From Octopus sinensis (taxonomy: Eukaryota), in the NCBI RefSeq assembly GCF_006345805.1, contig NC_043007.1:65906001-65970000 (forward strand): a stretch of 64,000 nucleotides of DNA, written 5' to 3'. Shown here in pieces: positions 26,401-40,776 of this stretch (the stretch's first letter is position 1; every line of letters begins with the position of its first letter). The notes under the pieces are model-generated. The model made no database searches. It was not told the DNA's origin and worked only from the letters and a program-made list of their open reading frames with translations. The position numbers were made by a program, and so were the translations under genes.

Positions 26401-27451
26401 TAACATCGGTTGCGTGGAGAAGGGAGGCTGGTATACATGGGTAACTGCTTATCTTTTATAAACACCCTTTCCCGGTCTTGTGCCTAGGAATGGTGCATTC
26501 TAGGTGCAATCCCATGGCCAGTCATGACCAATGGGAGTCTTTATCCTTTATTTTCTGGCCCTTTTACTTTTCACCCTATAATACACACACTCACACGAAA
26601 GTTTTCCTTCAGTTTCAGTCAACCAAATCCACTCACAAGACTTTAGTCGAGTCGAGACGATAGCAGAAGACACTTGCCCAAGATGTTATGCAGTGGACTG
26701 AACCCGAAGCCATATGGTTGGAAAGCAAACTTCTTACCATACAGTCGCATAGTGGGCCAGATATATTTTTGCTCAGAGAACTAGTTTAATGCTAGTAATT
26801 ATTTACCTCGGCACCATCCAACAGCAAGCGAATATTTGATACATCGCAGCTTGACAGTAGTTAATGATCGCAGCTTAACTGTAGTCTATGGCTTCGGCCA
26901 TACTCGGACATATACTCTAAGTGCTTCATATATACCCAAGAAGCAGTTAGTTAAAAATTTATCCGTATATTCCTATTTATGGTCGTAGTTCCTGCTTATT
27001 CACGCACACATATTACATTTGTCTGCTCACATACAAGTTTACACGTGGGAGTAGATTATGAGATTGACAGACGACACTCATAGCTGGAATCAGCACAGTT
27101 TAAGAATCTACAAACGGATATATATGTATACTCATACCGGTATGTTCCAGAGTCTGTCTTTATTGCATTTATGAAAATATCCTCAAATTTTGAGTCGTTT
27201 AATTATACTTTAGTTTATCGTTTGTAACGTACATGGCATCTTTTCTTTTATCTTTTACTTGTTTCAGTCATTAGACTATGGCCTTGCCGGAGCAACTTTT
27301 AGTTGAATGAATCGATCCCAGTAATTATTTGTTAAGACTGATAATTATTATATCGGTTGCTTTTACCGAACCGCTAAAGTACGGGGACGCAAACACCCCA
27401 ACACCAGTTATCAAGCTGTTGTAGAAGGACTAACACTGACACACACACACA

Positions 27452-27489
<38 letters not shown>

Positions 27490-27496
27490 ACATACA

Positions 27497-27528
<32 letters not shown>

Positions 27529-27659
27529 AGAAGCCCATCGTGCGCGCACACACACACACCCACATATATATAATAGTAGGGAATATAATTCCAAACTATA
27601 GGGAAAAATTCAATTTAGCAATTCTAAATCAAATTTCACAATATATAATATATTTATAT

Positions 27660-28438
27660 AATTTAGAGAAAAAACTCTATTAAGCAATTCAATAGTGAAA
27701 TATGTTATTCACATCGTATAGAAAAAATAAATATACTATAAAAACCTTATTCTAAAAATCAATAAAGTACATAAACAATAAATAGTAAATAGTCAATTTT
27801 ACTACTATTTACTATTGTTTATGTACTTTATTGATATTTAGAATAAGGTTTTTATAGTATATTTATTTTATATATATGACTAGCAGTATCGCCCGGCGTT
27901 GCTCGGGTTTGTAAGGGAAATAACTATATAAGCATTTTTAGAGAGTTACTTCCCTTATAAATTCGGGCTTTCTTAGCCATTTTTGTTTTGGTGTCTTCAA
28001 GCCATGAAGTCGTTGTTCTAAAAGAACGCTGGTTTCCTTCACAACGCATTACGACGTTGATTTCTTTACACTCCCTTCCCCACAGCTTCACGAGGGAGGG
28101 AAGGGGAGAAGCAAACAGGTGCAGCTGTGAGCGTGGACGCCAACTCCGCCGCCATCGACACACGATGCATTTTATGCATTAAAATGGAATAAAAAATGAT
28201 GTTAAATTATTTTTAAAATCGTAGACTCATCGTTGACGCGCGCTAATAGTCAGACGGGCTCGACATGAATCACGACTATAAGATACCCGAATTTGGTTAA
28301 ACTGCACCGCAAAATGTGGGAGGAGTTAGGAATCTAAATCGAAGGGGACAGACACTCACACAACTAGAGTTTTATATATATAGATATGAATAACGTCTTT
28401 CACTATTGAATTGCTATATAGAGGTTTTTCTCTGAATT
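27660..28438. repeat. AT-rich palindrome (~135-bp arms, centre 27794-27803) with right arm split by an insertion
   Basis: Left arm 27660-27793 pairs with 27804-27878 plus 28386-28438. Confidence 0.85.
27879..28385 (+). mobile_element. Non-autonomous Helitron-like element
   Basis: Starts ACTAGC with subterminal hairpin CCCG-gcgttgct-CGGG, ends TTTTATATATATAGAT, has no TIR or obvious TSD, and cleanly interrupts one palindrome arm. Confidence 0.7.
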
Positions 28439-28473
28439 ATATACATACACACACGCACACATATTATGTATAC

Positions 28474-28536
<63 letters not shown>

Positions 28537-28572
28537 TACATATACCATACATACTAACACATTCATACAAAC

Positions 28573-28628
<56 letters not shown>

Positions 28629-28728
28629 ATATAATAATTAGAGACAAACCACTATTATGCAAATCAAACAAAGAAAGACTTAATCCAATACATAAAAAAT
28701 TTATATAAATTAAATATAATTAAGATAT

Positions 28729-28774
28729 CCACTACGATCGTTTCTTGTCACTTCTATTGACATTAATCAGGTGG
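28729..28774 (-). ncRNA. Degenerate minimal type-I hammerhead fold
   Basis: CCAC-CTGATTA-a-TGTCA/TGACA-a-GAAA-CGATCG-TA-GTGG. Stem III is the palindrome ACGATCGT; defects are G8U and an A-A mismatch at the base of stem II. Confidence 0.65.
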
Positions 28775-28798
28775 TTCCAAGACCTTCTTTGCAAGTTT

Positions 28799-28831
<33 letters not shown>

Positions 28832-28834
28832 GTG

Positions 28835-29090
28835 TGTGTTATTGGAACGTAAACACACCAACACCGGTTGTCAGTCGGTAGGTGTGGGACAAGGAGACAT
28901 GAAAACACACACACACACGCACACACATTGGTGTGATGGGCTTCTTTCTGTTTCCGTCTAACAAATCCACTCACAAGGCTTTATTCAGCCTGAGGCTATT
29001 AGTACAAAACACTTGCCGATGGTGCAATGCAGTGTGATTGAACTCGGAACCGTATGGTTGGGAAGCAAATTTCTTACCACATAGCCACGT
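28835..29090 (-). mobile_element. SINE family A, partial
   Basis: Reverse complement of the head and middle of 30027. Confidence 0.75.
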
Positions 29091-29705
29091 ATGCGCACAT
29101 TTAACCTATTTATTTTTTAAAGTTGTTTCAATAAAAAACAAAAACTAAGTAGAAATTGGTACTGACATATTTATATACTGCCCTTCATCCATTTTGTTCC
29201 CCAGTGCTCGTACAAAATTTCCCACTGTCCTCCCCGGGGATAACGCCGCCCAGTTGAGAAATACGCGTTTACATGATGGATATAGAACTGAATTAACTCC
29301 ACAGAATCACACGAAATTAACACATGTGAAAACCCCTGATTGTCACTGGGAGCTGGACGTCTACGTATGTGTTCGCCCATTTGTCTACAAGCAAATGGAT
29401 CTTCTGTCAACAGGAAGCCCGTCACACCCTCATACAGAACCGCACATTCGCTTCTCTGGCTGTCAGACTCTATTTCTACGCCTGTTTGTCAATCTCCCTC
29501 TGATTGTGGATCGGTCGATATGTTCAGCTGTCCAGCCTGCCTTCCGATTGACGGAATGGCATGTTATACTGTCGTCCTTCTATGATTCTGTCCAAAAAAA
29601 ATTAAATGAAATCAGCAGATAACAACGTGTGACATGTGATCACTCTAATTAGACGAATATTACAAAGAGAAAGAGAGAAAGAGAGAAAGAGAGAAAGAGG
29701 GAGAG

Positions 29706-29736
<31 letters not shown>

Positions 29737-29949
29737 GAGAGAATGAAAGAGAAACACACAATCACACTCGGCCATACACAAAATCACGCTTGCCTACAAA
29801 CTCTCATATGTATATATGCATGCATATATACACGTAAGCACACATGCAGACACACACACACATATTTGTATATACCAGATGTGTGTGTGTGGTTATGTGT
29901 ATATATATACATGTATATATATGTATTATATGTATGTATATATAAATAC

Positions 29950-30026
<77 letters not shown>

Positions 30027-30028
<2 letters not shown>

Positions 30029-30439
30029 TGCAGGAGTGGCTGTGTGGTAAGTAGCTTGCTTACCAGCCACATGGTTCGGGGTTCAGTCCACTGCGTGGCA
30101 TCTTGGGCAAGTGTCTTCTACTATAGCCTCGGACCGACCAAAGCCCTGTGAGTGGATTTGGTAGACGGAAACTGAAAGAAGCCCGTCGTATATATGTATA
30201 TATATATATGTGTGTGTGTGTGTTGTGTGAATGTTTGCGTGTCTGTGTTTGTCCTAGCATTGCTTGACAACCGATGCTGGTGTGTTTACGTCCCCGTTAC
30301 CTAGCGGTTCGGCAAAAGAGACCGATAGAATAAGTACTGGGCTTACAAAGAATAAGTCCTGGGGTCGATTTGCTCGACTAAAGGTGGTGCTCCACCATGG
30401 CCGCAGTCAAATGACTGAAACAAGTAAAAGAGTAAAGAG

Positions 30440-30441
<2 letters not shown>
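30027..30441 (+). mobile_element. SINE family A, full length and well preserved
   Basis: Head GGTGCAGGAGTGGCTGTGTGGTAAG...GGTTCGGGGTTCAGTCC, internal microsatellite, tail AAGTAAAAGAGTAAAGAGTA. Confidence 0.9.
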
Positions 30442-30475
<34 letters not shown>

Positions 30476-31374
30476 ATATACGCACACATACACATATATA
30501 TGTATGTATTCATTTATGTACCTCTGCATAAAAGCACACTCTATATCTACATCTTGATCACCCTCAATTCACTTCAACCTCATGATCATCATCGTCAGCA
30601 CCATCAACATCCTCCTCCACCTTCTCCTTTTCATCTTCATCATCATTATCATCATCAAAAATAGTAACAGCAACAATAGCAACAACAAGGACTTTAAACA
30701 TAATGTAAGCACGATGCTTAATGTAATAATTGGATGAATTGTTTCAGTAAATGATGAGATAGTCATGGGTGGAAGGCTTTTGATCATAAGTTAGCTCGGA
30801 AATACTCCAATTCGCGCCCACCCCCACACCCAACATCACTACCATCGTCTCCACAATCACTATCCTCACCACCACCAACAACAACAACAGACACCCCTTA
30901 CTACAATTATCAGCATCATCACCAAAAACCACCCCACCTCCACCATCATCACCGACACCACCATCACCCCACAACTACTACCATCAACACCATCGCCATC
31001 ATTATCACCACCACAGTCGCCATCACCACTATTATCACCATTATTCTCACCAATATCCCCCACCGCCGTCCATCAACATACATACCCACTTCCGCGCCGT
31101 TTCCACCACAAACCCACTATGTCTATACCACGGTAACCTAAGGCTGTAAAATCCGAACACTAGCACATACACACACACATACACACACACACAATCACTC
31201 TCTCTCTCTCTCGCTCGCTCGCACACACACACGCACACACACACACACACACACACGCACACACACACACATACACACACACAAGACAAACACGTACTCA
31301 ACATGAATGCACAGGTATACCCACACAAACATTCATAAACTTTTCTGTATGATTCCCCTCTCTTCCGCCATCCC

Positions 31375-31420
<46 letters not shown>

Positions 31421-31709
31421 TCGCATCTAGCATTGTTTATCCTTCTCTTCCTCCACCTCTTGTCTGCATCTCCAGCTAGATGTCTTTGACAAACAACAAT
31501 TGGACACTCCGTTTCGGATGGGAAGCAATCATTTCATTTAGAGTCTGGCTGGATGTCTTTTGGGCACAATCGTCGATCAGAGAGACACACAGGCATCTCA
31601 GACAGATGGACGTGGAGACGGGGAAGTGAAGTGGAGGTTGAAGGGGGCGGGGGAACGGGGACGGGACGAGTTGGCTGAGAGGATGGGGAGGTATTGGAGA
31701 GAGAATGAC

Positions 31710-32250
<541 letters not shown>

Positions 32251-33847
32251 AGAAGACGAACCCAAAAGAGGAGAATGAGACAGGGTAGGAAATAGGAGAA
32301 AAAGTCGACGAAGAAAAAGGACGGATAAAAAATGTAAGAGTTGTAAAATTAGTTGTTTTTCTAATGTAAAAAATAAAAAGTTTGTAAAGTCAAGATGGAG
32401 GATTACCTCGGACCCACAAATATGGCTGGTATTTTATTGAGCAAGGAAATTAATGAAAATAAATCAGACGTGACATTGCAGCACGAAAGTGATCTGTCTC
32501 TCTATCTTCTGTCTTCTACTTGTTTCAGTTAGAGGGCTGTGGCCATGCTGGGGCAACGCTTTGAAGAATTTTAGTCGTACAAATGGACCGTTTTTTTTAC
32601 GTCTGGCACTTATTCTACTGATCTCTCTTTGAAAAGGAGATTTGGTAATGCAGTCTCAGATACACAGTGCCTAAAAAAGACCGAATGGCCAATGGTAGAC
32701 GGGTTGTCATTGACCATAAATCTATCTGCTCGATTACTTCTGACTTGGAGCCAAATAACAAAACTTCGACAACAACAACAACGAGAAAAATATAACAGCC
32801 AGAAGTTGTTATATAACAATTTGTCTTCGGCAATACTTCTCTCCTTTCATCTTCAAGCCGTCTGTCTGTGTCTCTGTCTGAGTCTCTGTCTGTCTTTGTC
32901 TCTCTTCTTTTCCCCCGCCTCCGCCTCATCTTCCTCCTTTTTTCTTTCACACATATAAACACACACGTACGCATACACAAACACACATACGTACACACAC
33001 ATGCTTCTGTATTTCTTTCTTACAGCCCAGAAGCATGTGTAGGGTTAACACAATTAGACGTGAAATCAGTTTGGATTCTTTTGATTAGGTTAGAAACAAA
33101 AGCGAAACTTTTAACAATGAGATGTTGTGTTGTTCAGGCTTTTCCAAAAGAGTGTTAAGCAAAGTAATTGAACATGACTACGAGACGAGGTTAAAAGTGG
33201 GCCCTCTGGACAAAATAGATTCCCTGTCACAATCTACTCATCAATGGTTTTGCAGTGCTGCTGCCACTGCTGTTACTAATACTGCTACAGCAGAGGTACC
33301 TACGCAGAGTAACGTACTTTGAATATTTAGCAACTAATAGCAGCCACAGTAACAACTTCTTTTCGGACGTTTAAAAGATGTCTAGAGCATGAGAACAAGC
33401 GTGATCAACCCTCGATAGCTGTCTAGGTAATCAATTTATTTGGTGGATAGGGATCTGAATAAGAATCTTCAAATGTTTCCATTAAATAATCCGCGGGAAC
33501 CTAAGGTTACAGGCATCTGCTTTTATGCTGGTAGTATCAAGCAGAGAACGCAGTCAAAAGTAACGGCTTTTGGAAAGTCTTGTGTGGTGAGGAGGGACCA
33601 AGGGGAGAAACCACTACCGAGATAGATATCGAGAAAAAGAGCACAAACTCAAGATACTGATTTAAAAGGCGAGGCTGAATGATTTTTATTGCACAAGATC
33701 TGATGGAGTCCCCACGACCACCAGCCTTCACCAAGTCCTATTATTACGAAATCATTAAAATATATTGAACAGGCTTGTAATGCAAGATAAGTAGAAAATA
33801 TAAAAGAAACAAATACCCAACTAATTATAAATTATACCAAGGAACAT

Positions 33848-34711
33848 CTATAATAGAAGATGCAAAGCTGACTTGTTTTAGAGATATGATATAAACACGA
33901 TGCCTTCTCAAGACGAACACAACTCGTGAATTGTGGAATTTAGCGTGAGGTTTGCCATACTAACATAGAAATGACCTCTTTCATTATTTGGAACGTAGTG
34001 TCTAATGTCTGATGTTATTTGTAATCTCCTCTCTAGTTATCATTTTTCATTTCCACTGAGTTGTTGCTTTGTATATTTATAATTTAGAGACCAAACAATA
34101 CGAAATGGCAGCAAACATATGACGAACGAACGCCTTTATGGAGACCTACCAAAAGTTAGCGACAAAATCAGGCAAAAATGGCTACGGCTATCTGGTCATT
34201 GCGTGCGCTACCCTTCGCTGGAATTAGTCTTGTGGAACCCACTTCATACTGATGTAAGATGCGGAAAATGTCGTCACACTTACATCAACAACTTGACTGC
34301 AGACACAGGCCTGGAATGTATGTAGGACCTCGAGGCATTGATGATGGACCAAGAAGTGTGGTGGGTAGACTTTGTTGCTGCGGCCCGAGTTGGAACCCGG
34401 CCATAATAATAATAACATAGATAAAAAAAAAGCTGCATTAGAAGAGCTGAGTAAACTATAAATATACAAAGCAAACTCACTGGAAATGAAGGCGTCAGTC
34501 TCCCATAGATTATGATTAGCAAGGAGATTATAAATAACATCAGACATTACACACCACCATCAAAAGAATGAAAGAGATCAGTTTTATATCAATGTGACAA
34601 ATCCCACGATAAATTCCGTAATTCACTGAGTTGTGTTCATCTTGAGAAAGCATCGTGTTTATATTTATATCTCTAAAACAAGCCAGCTTAGCAAAGCATC
34701 TTCTATTACAG
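33848..34711. repeat. Foldback element with ~240-260-bp inverted arms enclosing an RTE fragment
   Basis: 33848-34086 aligns to the reverse complement of 34452-34711 (e.g. ATATAAACACGATGCCTTCTCAAGACGAACACAACTC and AATGTCTGATGTTATTT). Confidence 0.85.
34087..34415 (+). mobile_element. RTE-clade LINE 3' end with (TAA)n tail
   Basis: WQQ.MTNERLYGDLPKVSDKIRQKWLRLSGHCVRYP..LVLWNP...TYINNLTADTG...LMMDQEVW is the RTE ORF C-terminal signature. Confidence 0.8.
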
Positions 34712-34814
34712 GTAAAAGGAGTTTTTTACCTTGTAATGGTACTGGTATGTGAGACACAATACTGTATATGAATTTCGAAAGCAGAACGCTCCTCAGAGCT
34801 ACTTCCACGAAATC

Positions 34815-34845
<31 letters not shown>

Positions 34846-35104
34846 CACACACACAATCCTGCACAGAGCAGCATAACTGGCTGTTATCTAACACCCATTG
34901 AACCTCTAGTGAGAAACCGACTGGTAAGATCGGCAGCACGCGTATATTTGATATTATACTCGGGGGAGAATGGGTAAACAATATTCAAGGTCATTTTCAT
35001 GGCCTCCAAGACTGGATATCAAGACAGGATATCATCCTCAGCCTAGAGACTTGGCACGAATTTTCGTAACAAAGTGGGCTGCGGTAAAGTCAACAAAGGG
35101 CCAT

Positions 35105-35272
35105 CTAAGTTCCACGCGGCTCCGGCAGAAGGTAATGGCGAACTTCTGATGACTCTTTCGCCACAATTTTCTTTCATTCTTTCCTCCTGCATCTTGCAGC
35201 TCACCTGCGACGTACTGGCGTCCCGTCCAGATGGGGAACCTATACGCCAAGGAAACTGGGAAACCGGCCTTA
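35105..35272 (+). mobile_element. 5'-truncated SINE body with V-domain-like segment
   Basis: CCACGCGGCTCCGGCAG is shared with the SINE at 50220. ACTGGCGTCCCGTCCAG resembles the V-SINE core. Confidence 0.6.
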
Positions 35273-36809
35273 TTATCAATATATGTTAATACAATAGAAA
35301 CAATTGTCGGCTATATAAGGTGAATTCTACAATAAAGATGTGATTTTCTCTATGCATACTTTTTGTGATATATATATGTGTGTGTTTGTGTGTTTCTATG
35401 TGTGTGTGTGTGTGTGTGTGGTGTCTGTGTATATGTGTTTGTCCTCACCATCGCTTGACGACCAGTGTTGGTTTGTTTACGTCCCCGTAACGATAGAATA
35501 AGTACTAGCATTAGAAAATATATCCTGGGGTCGATTTGTTCGACTAAACATTTTCAAGGTAGTACCCCAGCATGGTCGCAGTGCAATGACTGAAACAAAT
35601 GACGAAGTATTTTGATGCTATCGGCTCTGGGGGGAAAGAATAGAGAAATCGACCTTAATGTGCTTTTGAACTCAGAAAGTGAAAACTAAATAGCTAATGT
35701 GTCTATCTGTGCAGCATCCTGAAAACAATGAAAGAATCGGCACCGAAGAAGAAAAGAGAGAAAAAAGGGATTTAGACAAAAAAGATAACAAATAACAGCA
35801 AAAGACAGGCCAACGATTAGATTTTAAGTCTGTTGCCAGCTAATTCGCAGTAAATTAGTTTAATCTGTATTTATGGAAGAGAAAGGGTGAGAGAGAGAAA
35901 GAGAGACAGAGGAAGAGAAAGACAAAGTGAAAAAGAAAGAAAAGAAGTCAAGGAAAGGGAAGCGAGACTAAGAAGAGAGAGAGAGAGAGGGGAGGAAGAT
36001 CATAGAGGAGAAAGGGTGAAGCATATCGATTAAGGGAAAGAGATAAAGGAAAAATAAAAAATAAAGACGGACAGTAAAGGATTTCAAGGAGTTAGAAAAC
36101 GAGAGAAATGCAAGGAGATAGAACGAGATGGGAATGGAGAGACGGAGAGTGAGAAGAAGAAGAAGAAGAAGAAGAAGAAGAATAAGAAGAAAAAGGAGAA
36201 GGAGGAGGCGGAGGAGAAGAAGAAGAAGAAGAAGAAGAAGGAGGAGAAGAAGAAGAAGAAGAAGAAGAAGAAGAAGAAGAAGAAGAGAAGAAAGGAGAAG
36301 TAAAAAGAAGAATCGAAGAAGGAGAAGGAGAAGAAGAGCGAGAGGAGATAGATAGCTGGAGAGAAAGAGACAGAAAGTCCGAGAGGGAAGAGGGCAGAAG
36401 GAGGAGATGAAAGAACGGGCTGTAGAGAGGTGACGGCTAGCGTGTTACGCGCTGATAGAGCGATTTCAGAACGAGGCGGGTGGTGGGTGGTGGGTGGTTT
36501 ATTGTAACCGACATTGTTTGTTTTGTCATTTTAAAGAGGAAGTTATGGCTGCTGCAGATGAAGATGAAGATGATGATGATGATGATAACGACTGCGAGGA
36601 TGAGGACTATGCTAACGTTGTTGGTGCCTCCTTTTCAGTTCCTCTCGTTACTGTTATTGTCGTTGACGAAGAAATTACATTTTCGTTTGTTTTCCTTGTT
36701 TTGCCTCTTATTATCCACTCTTTTTTCTTCTTTCTTTTCCTTCTTTCATTTTCGCTTCTTACTGAGCTGACTTCTCCCTTCTACATCCACTCCTTCGCGC
36801 TCTCTACCC

Positions 36810-36880
<71 letters not shown>

Positions 36881-37576
36881 AATCTATCTATCTATCTATC
36901 TGTCTGTCTGTCTATTTGTCCACCCGTCCGTCCGTCTGTCTGTCTGTCTGTCTGTTTTTTTTCTATCTATATCTGTCCATCTATCTATCTAGCTAGCTAG
37001 CTATCTAGCTGTCTGTCCGCCCGTCCGTCCGTCTGTCTGTCTATCTATCTATCTCACTTTCTAACTTCCTATTTCAAAATCACCCTACCCCTCTCTTCCA
37101 ATCCAATCCCCAACTTCGTCCTCCACCACCTCCACTTTCACCTTCTCCATCTCCATCGCCTCTTCCACGTCTTTCCCTCTCTGTTTGGTTGAGCGGTCCA
37201 CGCCTGCGCCAGGTTGACCAGTAATCAAATTGTCACCATTAGGACAGACGTATCAATGTAAATTGAGCGGGTTATTGTCATGATTGGTGACGTCAAAGTG
37301 ACATTTCACATTGCTTCTTCCTTTCTTTTTTCACTTTCTGTCTTACACTTTTTTTTTTGTTTTTGTTTTTGTGATGTTCTTCTTTCATCTCTGGCATTCT
37401 TGTTGTGAATGATTTTTTTTGACATATTTTCCTTTACTTTTTATATTTGTTTATTTACATCTTTTAAAGCTCTAACCAACCAATGATAACAATAATAATT
37501 TTCGTCTGTTTATTTACGTCATTAAGGCTCTAATAAACCAACCAACCAACGATAGATGATGATGATGATGATGATA

Positions 37577-37628
<52 letters not shown>

Positions 37629-37708
37629 CGATGATGATGATGTTGATGATAACGATGACGATGACAATAATGATGATGATGATAATGATGATGATGTTAA
37701 TAAAAGAT

Positions 37709-38107
37709 TTCAAATTTCGGCACAAGGCAGCAAGATCGGGGGACGGAGTAAATCAATTATATTGACCCTAGTGCTCAACTGGCACTTAATTTATCGACTC
37801 CAAAAGGATGAAACGAAAAGTCGACCTCGGCGGAATTTGAACTTAGAACGTAAATACGGACGAAATGCCGCTAAGCATTAATAATGCTTAATGCAAAAAG
37901 GCACAAGGCCTGAAATTTGGTGGGAAGGGACTGGTCGATTACGCCGACCACAGTGTTTCACTGGTACTTAATTTAACGACCACGAAATGAGGAAAGGTGA
38001 AGTCGACCTTGGCGAAATTTGAACTCAGGACGTAATAACAGACGAAATACCGCTAATTATTTTGTCCGGCATGCTAACGATTCTGCCGGCTCACCGTCCT
38101 AATAATG

Positions 38108-38139
<32 letters not shown>

Positions 38140-38295
38140 CCCTACTATTATAGGCCTGAATTTTGTGGGGAGGGATTAAGTCAATTACATCGACCCCCAG
38201 TATTCAACTGCTTAGTTTATCAACACCGAAAGGATGAAAGGCAAGGCCGAACCTCGACTGAATTTGAATGCAGAACGTAGCGACGGGCGAAATAG
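37709..38295 (-). mobile_element. Three tandem SINE family B copies (37709-37880, 37900-38098, 38150-38295)
   Basis: Each contains GATGAAA..AAGTCGACCTCGGCGGAATTTGAACT.AGAACGTA, the reverse complement of family B. Confidence 0.85.
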
Positions 38296-38302
38296 ACATA
38301 AT

Positions 38303-40776
38303 AGCTAATTCAGAGTAGATCGGAAGAGATTCTGCAAAGAAATAAATGGAGAGTGTACAGATGAAAAGTTGATACCAGATAACATTGAAAGTCAAAGTTT
38401 TTGGAGTGACATCTGGAGCAAAGTCAAGGAGCATAAGAAGGATGCTGAATGGTTGCAAGGGCTGAAACAAACAGTAGTCTGTCCACAACAAGCAGAACTA
38501 GTCATTTCAGTAAGGGAAGTGAAGGAAATCAGCAAAAGAAATGGGCAACTGGAAGGCCCCGGGACCAGATGGAGTTCAAAGCTACTGGATCAAAAGGTTT
38601 GGAGAATGTCATGCACGAGTAGCTGCACAGCTCCCCACCTTGTTAAATGCCGACCAAGTAACATCAGAGTAGTTGACAATCTGTAGGACAGTGCCGTGCT
38701 TGAAAAACATAGAAAAAAGACAATAAAGTTGACAATTACAGGCCGATATCCTGTTTGCTACTTATGTGGAAATTATTGAATGGAATAGTCGCCGTGTCAA
38801 TGTACGGACATCTGGAAAAAAATGGAGTCCTGCCATATGAGCAGAAGGGTTTCAAGCGAAAGTGCAGAGGTACCAAGGATCAACTCCTGGTAGACAAATC
38901 TGTATATAGAGACTGCAAGAGGAGGCAAACTAACAGCCATGTCATGGAACGACTATCGTAAGGCGTACGATATGATCCCACATTCTTGGATTAGGCAATG
39001 TATGAACCTATTTGGTATTGCATCGAATGTTGACCGATTGCTTGGGAAAAGTATGGCAAAGAGGAGGACGAAATTAATAGCTTATGGAAGAATTTTAGGG
39101 ACAACAGAAATCAGGAGAGGCATCTTCCAAGGGGACTACCTGTTCCCACTGATATTTGTACTGTGCATGATATCACTAACATTGATTTTGAGGAAATCAA
39201 AGGCTGGATATGTACTCAAAAGCCGCCAACAAAAAGTCAACCACCTGTTATTCATGGATGAGCTCAAACTTTATGGTAAAGATGAATCCTGAGTCAGTTC
39301 CCTCGTTGATACGGTGTATACTTTCAGTGCTGATATCAGAATGGAGATCGAACTGAAAAAAGTGTGGTGTGTTAGTATTGAAGAGAGGCAAAATTAAATG
39401 TATGAACAGGCTAGTGATACTGTCAGGGGAGGTTATAAAACAGATAGAAGAGACGGGTCATAACTACATGGGGATATTGGAAATGGATAAATTGATGGAG
39501 AAAGAAATGACAGAAAAATTTACGTTGGAGTACTTGTGCAGACTGAAACTGATCCTTAAGTCCAAATTAAACGGACGAGATAAGATTGAAGCAACCAACA
39601 CCTGGGCGGTGTCACTCCTTATATATGGAGCAGGGGTAATCGCATGGACAGTAGAACTAAACAGCTTAGAGAGGAAGACAAGGAAGTTGCTAACTAGATA
39701 TGGTTACTCCACTCAAAAAGAGACACAGACAGACTGTATGTTCCAAGAAAAAGAGGGAGAAGAGGACTGGATGCGAACACAGCATTAGAGCAGAAGAAAA
39801 CAGCATTGAATGATATATAAAAATGCCACAGAACCAATATTATTGGAAGTAAGAAGGTCAAGCTTGTGTTGGATGGAAGATTGCAAAGATAAAGCACTGT
39901 ACACTGTACAAGAATAGCTCAAACTGAAAATAGGTGGATAAAGAAAAGAATGCATGGACAATTTCATAGGGATGTTGAAGATAAGACAGGCAGAGAAAGA
40001 AGATGGCTATGGATGACTAAAAGTGGTTTAAAACCAGAAACGGAGGCTGCCCAAGAGCAAGCACTTGGAACCAATTACATCAAATACACAGTAGACAACA
40101 TCAGAAAGTGATAAGTGCAGAATTTGTGGACAAAATGGTGAAACCATATGGCATATTACCAGTCAATGTACGCCACTAGCCCAGAAAGAATAGAGTAGAT
40201 GTCATGACAATTTAGCAAGGATTGTCCATTGCACACTTTGCAACAAGTATGGACTTGATACAGCAAAAACGTGGTACGAGCATAAATCCGAAGGCATTAT
40301 CAAAAATGATAATGTAAAGATCCTATGGGATTTTATGATTCAGTGCGATCATGAGATAGAGAATAGGAAACCAGACATAGTGTTGAGAAAGAAAGCAAAC
40401 GATACTGGGTAATAGAATAACATGTCCAGCTGACAAAAAGGTATGTGGTAAGGAAGAAAGAAAAGTCAATAGATATAACAGTTTAGCTTGGGAGGTTAAG
40501 CAGTTGTAGTCGCTAAAAAAGGTGGTGGTAATACCAATAATTGTCGGAGTCCTGAGAACAGTGAATAAAAATCTTGAGAAGTACACGGGACAAATATGGG
40601 CTGCCATAAGGGTGGTGCACGTGCAGAAAACATCACTACTTGGAACCGCTCGAATACTCCGGATGATGCTCGAAAAATAAGAGGTGTTATCTTAGTTCAC
40701 TGGTAGTAAACAGCATGCACCGTAGTACATCTCCAGCGTTAGAAGCTGTGCAAAGACAATAAATAATAATAATAAT
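38303..40776 (+). mobile_element. 5'-truncated R4/Dong-clade LINE (RT, CCHC knuckle, RLE endonuclease, 3'UTR, (TAA)n tail), pseudogenised
   Basis: Motifs in order across frames: [118 protein letters not shown] (40678-40680). Many stops and frameshifts. Confidence 0.93.

Noticed and set aside
36494-37000. Acidic ORF (AAADEDEDDDD) after an acceptor-like site
   Set aside because: The acidic run comes from a (GAT)n tract, there is no donor, and the frame continues into (CTAT)n.
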